Assembly: GCA_965247515.1 (NCBI GenBank)
Contig: OZ252029.1
Location: 6,543,391 to 6,607,390, forward strand
Length of the DNA: 64,000 nt
Direction: 5' to 3'
Source of the DNA: Bryobacterales bacterium
GTDB taxonomy: Bacteria > Acidobacteriota > Terriglobia > Bryobacterales > UBA6623
Below the pieces are notes generated by a model. That model made no database searches and was not told where the DNA came from. It worked only from the letters and a program-made list of their open reading frames with translations. The position numbers were made by a program, and so were the translations under genes. Shown here piece after piece: positions 42,517-50,640 of this stretch (its first letter is position 1; each line of letters opens with the position of its first letter).

Positions 42517-44052
42517 GTGGGAGAGCTTCGAGAGCCCCGGCCGGATTGGCCGATTTTGGGCGCGGCGATGGGGTTGCTGGTTCTGGTTTGCCTGCCTCTT
42601 TTCCTTTTCCCGCAACAGAGCGAAGTTTGGATTCAGCGGATCTATTTCCCGCTGACGCACTATCTCGGCGTCTTCTATCTTTGGGGCGCGGTTGCTGTCC
42701 TGGCGTTCTGCGTTTGGATCGCCGCTAGCCGGCATGGGGCGGTCAAGCTGGGCGGCCCGGAATCACAGCCTCGGTTCTCGACTTACAGTTGGGCCTCGAT
42801 GCTGTTTTGCGCAGGCGTCGCGACGGGGCTTCTCTATTGGGGAACGATCGAGTGGGCCTACTACTACGATGCGCCTCCGTTCGGACTGGAACCGCGCTCG
42901 GCGGAGGCCGTCCGCTGGGCGAGCGTGTTCGGCATCTTCCATTGGGGCCCGGCGGGTTGGGCGTTCTACTGCTTACCGGCGTTAGCGATGGGACATGCGC
43001 ACTATGTCCGCGGGATTCCGCGCTTGCGGCTGAGCACGGCATGCAGCGCAGCTCTGGGCAAGGCCGCGGACGGCGCGGCGGGAAGGCTAATTGACCTTTG
43101 CTTCATCATCGGCCTTTTGGGAGCGACGGGCACATCGTTGGGGTTCGGCGCTCCGATGATCGCAGCCGGCGCCAGCCGCGTCTTCGGGATCGAGGAGTCG
43201 TATTTGTTGACGGTTTCGATTTCGGCTGTTTGCGCGACGATCTTCGGGATGAGCGTCTATCTCGGCCTGGAGAGAGGCATTCGGCGGTTGAGCAACGTGA
43301 ACATGGCTTTGGCGCTGGCGTTTTTGGCGTTCGTTGCCGCGGTCGGGCCGACCGGGTTCTTGCTACGGCGCGCGGCGGTAGGCGTGAGCGCGCTCGCTGC
43401 GGGGGCGTTGAAGATGCACGCGCTTTGGGGCCCTTTGGATGCGGCGCACTACGGTTTCGCGCGGGAATGGACGGTTTTCTACTGGGCGTGGTGGATCGCG
43501 GTGGGACCGTTCATGGGCGTGTTCATCGCACAGATTTCGGGCGGGCGCACGTTCCGGCAGATCGTGGTGGGGACGCTGGCGTTGGGAACCCTGGGCTCTG
43601 CGCTGTTCTATTTCGTTCTGGGAAACTATGCGCTTTCGCTGCAATTGCATGGCGTCGAAGATGTAGTAGCCGTGAAAGACGCGATGGGCGCGCCGCACGC
43701 GATTGTGAGCGTGATCGCTTCGCTGCCGCTCGCCCACGTGGTCACGCCGCTTTTCTGCGTAATCAGTCTCGTGTTTCTCGCGACGACTTACGATTCGGCG
43801 TCTTACGCTCTGGCTGCGAGCGCGTCGACAAAGTTGAGCGAGGGGCAGGCGCCCGGTCGGCGGCACAGGTTGTTGTGGGCGGTTCTGCTGGCGTTGTTGC
43901 CGATGGCGCTGTTGGCGGGCGACTCGGGCGGCGGGCGGCTGCGCTCGATGCAGACGGCGTCGTTGATTGCGTCAGCGCCTTTGCTTCTGATATTCGTCGT
44001 GACTGCGTTTTCGCTGGTGAAGGCGTTGCGCGAAGACGAGCGGAGGACGTGA
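42517..44052 (+). CDS. BCCT-family (betaine/carnitine/choline) transporter
   Basis: WTVFYWAWWIAVGPFMGVFIAQISGGRTFRQ is the BCCT signature segment. Multiple TM helices. Confidence 0.85.
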   Translation: MGELREPRPDWPILGAAMGLLVLVCLPLFLFPQQSEVWIQRIYFPLTHYLGVFYLWGAVAVLAFCVWIAASRHGAVKLGGPESQPRFSTYSWASMLFCAGVATGLLYWGTIEWAYYYDAPPFGLEPRSAEAVRWASVFGIFHWGPAGWAFYCLPALAMGHAHYVRGIPRLRLSTACSAALGKAADGAAGRLIDLCFIIGLLGATGTSLGFGAPMIAAGASRVFGIEESYLLTVSISAVCATIFGMSVYLGLERGIRRLSNVNMALALAFLAFVAAVGPTGFLLRRAAVGVSALAAGALKMHALWGPLDAAHYGFAREWTVFYWAWWIAVGPFMGVFIAQISGGRTFRQIVVGTLALGTLGSALFYFVLGNYALSLQLHGVEDVVAVKDAMGAPHAIVSVIASLPLAHVVTPLFCVISLVFLATTYDSASYALAASASTKLSEGQAPGRRHRLLWAVLLALLPMALLAGDSGGGRLRSMQTASLIASAPLLLIFVVTAFSLVKALREDERRT

Positions 44053-44055
44053 GTC

Positions 44056-44940
44056 ATGTTGACGTTGCTGGATGGAGGGATGGGCCGCGAGTTGATTCGG
44101 CGCGGTGCGGCGACGCGGAAAGGACTATGGTCGGCCCAGGCTCTGCTTGACGCTCCGCAGACGGTGGTGGAGGTGCACCGCGACTACATCGCGGCGGGCG
44201 CGCGCATCATCACGACGAACAGCTACTCTTGCGTACCGAGTTACTTGAGCAAGGTGAACCAGGGCGAACGCTATGCCGAGCTACCGGGTCTGGCCGGCGA
44301 GCTGGCGCGCACGGCGGCGCGGGACGCGGAAGGGAATGTGTTGGTGGCGGGCGGGCTGCCGCCGCTCTCAGAGAGCTATCGGTCCGATTTGGTCGCCGCC
44401 GACGCTGAGGCGCGGCCGATCTATGCGGGACTGGCCGAAGCGCTCGAACCGCATGTCGATCTGTTCTTGTGCGAGACGATGTCGAGCATTCGTGAATCGC
44501 GCAACGCCGCGACCGAGGCGATTCGGGCGGCCGCGCGGCGCGGCTTGCCGGTTTACGTGTCGTGGACGCTCAAGGAAGAGCCGGGCGCCGGCTTGCGCAG
44601 CGGCGAGAGCGTAGAGCAAGCCTTCGAAGCGCTGCAGGACTCGGGAGTCAGCGCGTTTCTCTTCAACTGCACGCACCCGGATGCGATCGAGGCGGGGATC
44701 GAAGTCATGGCGGGGCTGACGGACAAGCCCACGGGCGGCTATCCGAATCGGTTCGACGTACCCGAGGGGTTTACGCTCGATAATGAAGTCTCGGTGGAGC
44801 CGCGCGAAGATTTCGGCCGCGAGCAGTTTGTGCGTGCGGCGCTGCGGTGTCGCGACCGTGGGGCGACGTTCTTCGGCGGCTGTTGCGGCGTCGGGCCGGA
44901 GGACATTGCGGCGTTGTCGGTTAACAACGCCTTGCGTTAG
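44056..44940 (+). CDS. Homocysteine S-methyltransferase family protein (MmuM/BHMT-like)
   Basis: LLDGGMGRELIRRGA...LWSAQALLDAP..VVEVHRDYIAAGARIITTNSY...FLFNC...GGCCGVGPEDIAAL carries the Zn-binding Cys pattern of Pfam S-methyl_trans. Confidence 0.8.
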   Translation: MLTLLDGGMGRELIRRGAATRKGLWSAQALLDAPQTVVEVHRDYIAAGARIITTNSYSCVPSYLSKVNQGERYAELPGLAGELARTAARDAEGNVLVAGGLPPLSESYRSDLVAADAEARPIYAGLAEALEPHVDLFLCETMSSIRESRNAATEAIRAAARRGLPVYVSWTLKEEPGAGLRSGESVEQAFEALQDSGVSAFLFNCTHPDAIEAGIEVMAGLTDKPTGGYPNRFDVPEGFTLDNEVSVEPREDFGREQFVRAALRCRDRGATFFGGCCGVGPEDIAALSVNNALR

Positions 44941-45070
44941 CTCGGCCCTCAAAACTGCCTCACGACGGCGTCGCGCCCGCTCATCGAACCGACGTGAAAG
45001 CTCGCGCGCCACGTCGGGGCGTCAGCCAGCCAAGCTGAGCTAAGCTGATGTGGACTTCAAGGAGACCAAA

Positions 45071-45494
45071 TTGAAACACGCCGTCGCCCTCTCAATTGCC
45101 CTTGGGTACGGCCTCGGCGCGGCCGCTGCCGAGCCCCCCAACATCATCCTCGTGATGGCCGACGACCAGGGTTGGGGACAGACCGGCTACTACAACCACC
45201 CCCTGCTCAAGACGCCGAACCTCGACGCGATGGCAGCGGCGGGATTGCGGTTCGACCGCTTTTACGCCGGGGCGCCGGTCTGCTCGCCGACCCGCGCGAC
45301 GGTGATGACCGGCCGCACCAACGATCGAACCGGCGTGCAAAACCACGGCTTCGGCCTGCGCCGCCAAGAGCGCACCGTCGCTCAAGCGTTGCGCCACGCG
45401 GGGTACGCGACCGGGCACTTCGGCAAGTGGCACCTTAACGGGATTCGTGGGCCGGGCGTGCCCATCTTCGCCGATGACGACCAAAGCCCATCCG
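45071..45494 (+). pseudogene. Sulfatase, N-terminal ~141 codons only, truncated by IS3 copy A
   Basis: AAGGAG then TTG 45071. [17 protein letters not shown]...[12 protein letters not shown] (FGly motif)...GKWHLNG. The reading frame runs straight into the IS terminus at 45495. Confidence 0.8.
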
Positions 45495-47097
45495 TGGAGT
45501 GAACCCCAAGCGTGAGACAGTCGAAATCGGGACAGGTTACGATTCACCGCAAAACGCTTGCCTTCTTCGCTGTATCGTCGCACGCTGGTCCTAGCCGGGG
45601 AAGCGGAAGCGGGCTCTGCTGGAGAGCAACCCGCCAAGGAATACCCGGCCGCAAACTCATCAAGACGATGAGCGCCGGGGGCGGCCGCCAAGGTCGCTCC
45701 CGGCTTCTCCAACGCCGGCGATGTCTCCCTGCCCGCCCAGGGCCCATCGGATTGATAGATTTGCCTATGCCTCTCAAAACTCATACTTCGGATTCCTCGC
45801 TGCTGTTGCCGCCGGCCGCGCCAGCGCTTCAAACTCCGCCGGCGGACGATATCCCAACGCCGAATGCAGCCGGCGTTGGTTGTAGATCTCATCAATGAAC
45901 TCGCCGATCGATGCGCGCGCCTCGTCAAGCGTGCGATAACGCTGCAACCAAACCTCCTCCGCCTTCAACGTCTTCATGAAACTCTCCGCCCGCGCGTTGT
46001 CGTAGGGGTTGCCGCGGCGGCTCATCGAGATGATCGCGCCGTGCTGCTCCAGCAGCTCGACATAGGCGCTCGAAGCGTACTGTACGCCTTGGTCGGAATG
46101 ATGCATCCACCCCGCGGCAGGGCGTCTGAGCTCGAGCGCATCGCGCAACGCCCCTACAGCCAGCTCAGCTTTGAGCGTCGTCCCCAGCCGCCAGCCGACC
46201 ACGCGTCGCGAGTAGGCGTCCAACACCACGGCGAGGTAGACGAACGCCTCGCGCAAGCGAATGTAGGTGATATCGGATTGCCACAACTGATCGACGCCGT
46301 CCACATTCAGGTGCGCCGCTAGATTCGGATAAACAGGTAAGAAGTGGTTCGAATCCGTTGTTAGCACGAAGCGCCGCTTGAGTACCGCCAGCAAGTTGTC
46401 CTTACGCATCATCCGCAGGACCTTTTTGTGATTGACGAGGAAGCCTTGGCGGCGCAGCTCGGCCGTCACGCGGCGGTAGCCGCAACGACGATTCTCGAGC
46501 GAAATCCGCTGCATGCGGTCACGCAATTCCATGTCGCACTCGGCGGGCGACGACACGGCGAGCCGGCGATAGAACCCGGCGCGATTCACGCGTCCGAGCT
46601 CGCAGGCGTGTTCGACGCTGAGCGAGCCTTTGGCGCTGATCTGCTCGACGATGGAGTAGATCCGCTCGCGCCACCGGCGTCGTTGGTCGGGGCTGCGAGG
46701 TTCAAGGCGCGAAAGGCTTGTCCGAAAAAATCGAGCTCTGCGGCTTGTTTGCCGAGCAGTCGTTCGAGCTCTGCGATGCGTTCGTCGCGCGGATCGCGAG
46801 GGATCTTGGGCGGCGCCGAGCGGCCGGGTTTCGGCCGGCCTCGCCGCCGGCTCAAGCCGTTGACGCCTTCCTGGCGATAGGCGTCCCGCCAGCGGTACAG
46901 CAGGCTGCGCTTGACGTCCAACTCGCGGCTTAGCGCTGTGCCGCTCTGGCCGGCTAGGAGCCGCCTGGCGGCGGCTTCCTTGAACTCCACCGTGAACTCC
47001 CGCGGCTTGCGCGGCTTGAGACTTTCCATCCTGGACTCCTTTCCATTCGCTGAAATTCGTCCCGAATTTCAATGTCTCATTTTTAGGGTTCACTCCA
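45495..47097 (-). mobile_element. IS3-family insertion sequence, copy A (1603 bp)
   Basis: Termini TGGAGTGAACCC... / ...GGGTTCACTCCA (TG...CA). orfA/orfB with a T_TTT_TTC slippery site. Near-identical to 60447-62037. The 3-bp flanks differ (CCG vs CCA). Confidence 0.9.
45774..47029 (-). CDS. IS3-family transposase OrfAB (programmed -1 frameshift; orfA 46586-47029, orfB 45774-~46735)
   Basis: orfA: MESLKPRKPREFTVEFKEAAARRLL...LYRWRDAY...ELERLLGKQAAELDFF. orfB: ...WQSDITYI (D)...HHSDQGVQY (D)...GNPYDNARAESF (E). GATTTTTTCGG lies at the frame junction (46725-46730 on the + strand). Confidence 0.85.
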
Positions 47098-47103
47098 CCA
47101 CCG

Positions 47104-47231
47104 GGAGTTCGGGGACAGCCCCCGAATTCGTCGTGGACTCCTGAGATGTGCGCGGAACCACCATGTTTTCAATGCATTACGCTCGCGCGGAGGCCTGTGA
47201 TCGCGTGTTGGGGGGCTGTCCCCGAACTCCA
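47104..47231. repeat. 128-bp element bounded by 20-bp inverted repeats (T/G)GGAGTTCGGGGACAGCCCCC
   Basis: GGAGTTCGGGGACAGCCCCC at 47104-47123 and its reverse complement at 47211-47230. It sits exactly where kinase homology stops and 6 nt from the IS3 end. The terminus TGGAGT resembles the IS3 end TGGAGTGAACCC. Confidence 0.55.
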
Positions 47232-47807
47232 CAGCGACCAGATATCCGAGCGGCGGTCTGTTGGCCGGGCTTGCGCCTGCTCGGGAGACATGTAGGAAGG
47301 CGTCCCGATCGTCGTTCCGCTCTTGGTTAGCTCACTCTTGCCTCCCACCTGAGCGAGGCCGAAATCCATGACTTTGACTTGACCCTTGCGGGTCACCATC
47401 AAGTTCGCACTCTTGATGTCTCGATGGACGATGCCGTGCTCGTGCGCCTCCTGGATTCCCCGAGCTGCCTGAATCGCTATTTCCAGAGCCTCGTTAAGTG
47501 GAAGAGGACTCTCGCCTACTTTCTCCCTGACGTTTTGCCCGTCAACGACCTCCATTGCGATGAACGGACGTCCGCGGTCTTTGCCGATCTCGTAGACGGT
47601 ACAGATGTTGCTGTGGTTCAGCGAGGCCGCGGCTTGCGCTTCTCGGACTAATCGCGCCCTTACTTCGTCGTCCAGAGTGTCGGTTGAGAGAAACTTCAGG
47701 GCAACAGTCCGATTGAGGCTGACGTCCTCAGCCTTCCACACCTCGCCCATGCCGCCCTCACCGAGCTTTTCGAGGATCTTGTAGTGGCTGATCGTGGTCC
47801 CGATCAC
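47232..47807 (-). pseudogene. Ser/Thr kinase, N-terminal 192 codons only (third paralogue), truncated
   Basis: MIGTTISHYKILEKLGEGGMGEVWKAEDVSLNRTVALKFL...HRDIKSANLMV...DFGLA...TPSYMSPEQ...RRSDIWSL, after which the frame reads into the inverted-repeat element (WSSGTAPQ...*). Confidence 0.85.
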
Positions 47808-47955
47808 GACGCTGAGATTGTACCGCCTAGCGGACCAGACCGGCTCTCAGCGGCCGGAAACTCAACCGAGCTCACCGTCTGGTCCTGATTCGACATCGTC
47901 AGGCGGATAGCTTGGGCGCCACGGCTTGTGGCCTCTGGGCGAATGCGGCCGATAG

Positions 47956-47984
47956 TTGACACGGCTCGGTTCACACTCTATCCT
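47956..47984 (+). promoter_or_regulatory. Candidate sigma70-type promoter TTGACA-17 nt-TATCCT
   Basis: TTGACA at 47956-47961, a 17-nt spacer, then TATCCT at 47979-47984. GTG 47991 lies 6 nt downstream, which would give a leaderless or very short-leader mRNA. Pattern match only. Confidence 0.3.
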
Positions 47985-47990
47985 GCGCCG

Positions 47991-48755
47991 GTGGGCCGAG
48001 CTTTTCTCGCGTTGCTGGTTTGCGGCTTGGCGGCCGCACAAGAGAACCCGTTTCGCGACAGCGCCGAAGATATCGACGTTGCGCGGGCCATGTTTCGTAT
48101 TTACTGTTCACCCTGTCATGGAATCGGGGCGCGGGGCGGCCGCGGGCCTGATTTGACTCTGGGCGTGTATAACGCCGGGGAAACCGATCACGACTTGTAT
48201 GAAGTAGTCGCCGACGGCGTCCCCGGTTCTGAGATGCCGGGGTATGGCGAGCGCATGAACTCCGATTCGATCTGGCGGATGGTTGCTTATGTGCGTTCGG
48301 TCGCGAAGCCGGATACGACGCCGGCGACGGGAAATGCGGATGCCGGACGGCGGCTCTATGCCGAGAACGGTTGCGCCGTTTGCCATCAGATCGGGGTGAC
48401 CGGAGGCCGCTTGGGACCTGAGCTGACACGGATCGGCCGCAGCCGGAGCCTCAAGTATCTTCGCGAGGCGTTAGTCGCGCCGAACGCCGAGATTACCGGC
48501 GGTTATCGGACGGTCGAGGTCGTCACTCTTGCCGGCGAAAAGATCGCGGGCGTCGAGAAGAGCTTGACGAATTTCTCCGTCGTGTTGATGGACGCCGGCG
48601 AGAAGCTGCGCTCCTTCGACCGGACCCAACTGCGCTCATCCGAGCGTACGACCCGCTCGCTAATGCCTTCCTATGAAGCTTCGCTAACGGGCGCGCGGCT
48701 GGATGACATGCTGGCCTACTTGAGAAGCCTGCGCGGCGAGAAGGAGTCGGAATGA
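47991..48755 (+). CDS. Dihaem c-type cytochrome
   Basis: Two CxxCH motifs (CSPCHG, CAVCHQ). Signal-like N-terminus VGRAFLALLVCGLAAAQ. The start is uncertain (GTG 47991, ATG 47943 or GTG 47928). The stop overlaps the next gene's ATG (ATGA). Confidence 0.75.
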   Translation: MGRAFLALLVCGLAAAQENPFRDSAEDIDVARAMFRIYCSPCHGIGARGGRGPDLTLGVYNAGETDHDLYEVVADGVPGSEMPGYGERMNSDSIWRMVAYVRSVAKPDTTPATGNADAGRRLYAENGCAVCHQIGVTGGRLGPELTRIGRSRSLKYLREALVAPNAEITGGYRTVEVVTLAGEKIAGVEKSLTNFSVVLMDAGEKLRSFDRTQLRSSERTTRSLMPSYEASLTGARLDDMLAYLRSLRGEKESE

Positions 48756-50335
48756 GACCGTTTCTGTGGCTGTTGGTTGCGGCAAGCGCCTTGCCGGCGC
48801 AGATATCCTTCGACACGCTCAAGGCCGCCCAACAGGACGCCGGCTCGTGGTTGGGCTATGGCAAGAACTACTTCGGCTGGAGGCACAGCCCGCTAACCCA
48901 GATCAATCGGGGAAACGTGGCCCGCTTGACTCCGCGGTGGGTTTTCCAGACCGGCTCCGACGGCAAACTGCAGGCGACCCCGCTGGTCCACGACGGCGTG
49001 ATGTACCTGACCGGGCCTTCGAACACGGCGTTTGCGCTCGATCTCAAGACCGGCGCTCAGATTTGGCGCTACGCGAAGAAGGTTCCGCCCGGCGCTCAGG
49101 GCTGCTGCTCCGATCCCAACAGAGGGTTCGCGATCCTGGGCGACCGGCTCTTCAAAGTCAATTTCGAGGCGACTCTGACGGCGCTCGACAGCAAGACGGG
49201 CCGGGAGATCTGGGAGACCGAAATTGCCGATTACCGCAAGGGGTTTTCGGCGACCAACGCGCCGCTGATCGTCAAGGATATGGTGATCACCGGGATCGCC
49301 GGCGCCGAGTTCGGCACAAGAGACTTCATCGACGCCTACTCTGCTGAGACGGGCGAACGCGTCTGGCGTTTCTGGACCATACCCGAGCCCGGCCAGCCCG
49401 GCGGCGACACCTGGGAAGGCGATGCCTGGAAGCGCGGCGGGGGCTCGAGCTGGATCACCGGGACGTACGACCCGGAGCTCAACCTTGTCTATTGGGGCAC
49501 AGGCAATCCCGGTCCCGACATGGACGGAGACGTGCGCCCCGGCGACAACCTCTACACCTGCAGCGTCGTGGCGCTTGACGCCGACACGGGCGAGCTGCGC
49601 TGGCACTTCCAGTTCACGCCGCATGACGTCCACGACTGGGACGCCGTGGCCGACCCCGTGCTGGTTGACGTCATGGTCGACGGCAAACAAACAAAGGCGG
49701 TCATTCAGGCGAATCGCAACGGGTTCTTCTATGCTCTCGACCGGGTCAGCGGCAAATTCCTGTTCGCGCGGCCCTACACCGAGGTGAGCTGGGCGGACGG
49801 CATCGGCATGAATGGCCGGCCGATTCTGATACCCGGAAGGGAACCCACCGAGGAGGGCAACGCGGCTTGTCCGGGGCTTGGCGGAGGTCACAACTGGCAG
49901 GCGACTTCGTTTAGTCCGGCGACAGGGCTGTATTACTTTCAGACGACCGATGGCTGCCATGTCTACTACAAGACAAGGCAGGGCTATATCGAAGGCCAGT
50001 GGTATCAGGGCAGCACCGTCAGCGGCGTGCCGCACCAGCCTCAGACGGGCTCGATCGTGGCCCTCGACCCGGCGAACGGGGACATCCGTTGGCGATTCGA
50101 GATGGTCAGCACGCCTTCGGCCGGGATTTTGTCTACCGGCGGGAGCCTTGTCTTTTCCGGCGACCCTCAGGGATATGTGTTCGCGTTGGACGCTGAGTCC
50201 GGCGAGGCGCTTTGGCGCTTTCCAGCCGGCGGCGCCGTGCGGGGTTCACCGATCAGCTACGAGCTCGAAGGGAGGCAGTATGTTGCTACGGCGGCGGGCG
50301 GGTCGATGTTCGTTTTTGGGCTCCCCGAGGAGTAG
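48752..50335 (+). CDS. PQQ-dependent dehydrogenase, methanol/ethanol family (quinoprotein)
   Basis: Signal peptide. GWRHSPLTQIN, vicinal Cys pair QGCCSDPNRG, GAEFGTRDF, GGGSSW, NRNGFFYALDR and FTPHDVHDWDAV are hallmark motifs of type I PQQ-ADH/MDH/XoxF propellers. Confidence 0.85.
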   Translation: MRPFLWLLVAASALPAQISFDTLKAAQQDAGSWLGYGKNYFGWRHSPLTQINRGNVARLTPRWVFQTGSDGKLQATPLVHDGVMYLTGPSNTAFALDLKTGAQIWRYAKKVPPGAQGCCSDPNRGFAILGDRLFKVNFEATLTALDSKTGREIWETEIADYRKGFSATNAPLIVKDMVITGIAGAEFGTRDFIDAYSAETGERVWRFWTIPEPGQPGGDTWEGDAWKRGGGSSWITGTYDPELNLVYWGTGNPGPDMDGDVRPGDNLYTCSVVALDADTGELRWHFQFTPHDVHDWDAVADPVLVDVMVDGKQTKAVIQANRNGFFYALDRVSGKFLFARPYTEVSWADGIGMNGRPILIPGREPTEEGNAACPGLGGGHNWQATSFSPATGLYYFQTTDGCHVYYKTRQGYIEGQWYQGSTVSGVPHQPQTGSIVALDPANGDIRWRFEMVSTPSAGILSTGGSLVFSGDPQGYVFALDAESGEALWRFPAGGAVRGSPISYELEGRQYVATAAGGSMFVFGLPEE

Positions 50336-50439
50336 CGGCGGGCTGTCGAGACCTTAGCGCCGACGTCCGCATATACGATGACGTATCCAGGTCTTTGCGG
50401 CTCTGAAACCTGCGATTCAAAGGTTGTCAGCGCGCGACT

Positions 50440-50632
50440 GCAAGGGAGTATCTGATGGCCTCACAGGCCACCCATGAGGATGAAAACGGTTGCCCCGGAG
50501 CCGCGACCGTGAGGGAGCGGTTGTCGCAACCTCGAGCAACCGCTTGCTGACGCGCGCGGCTCCGGGGCGGTGGCGCATTCGGTCGGCGGTCGGCGGTCAG
50601 CGGGTTTTCGACGCAGCGGGTTCCGCAATCCG
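50440..50632. repeat. Composite repeat D, intact copy (~190 bp)
   Basis: GCAAGGGAGT...GATGAAAACGGTTGCCCCGGAGCCGCGACCGTGAGGGAGCGGTTGTCGCAACCTCGAGCAACCGCTTGCTGACGCGCGCGGCTCCGGGGCGG...CAGCGGGTTTTCGACGCAGCGGGTTCCGCAATC is colinear with 30024-30134 plus 32031-32120. Confidence 0.7.
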
Positions 50633-50640
50633 GCAACTGC

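Noticed and set aside
46346-46356. Second GGTTCGAATCC motif (also in IS3 copy B at the equivalent position)
   Set aside because: It lies inside IS3 orfB coding sequence, and the flanking bases (AGTGG / GTTGT) cannot pair to form a T-arm.
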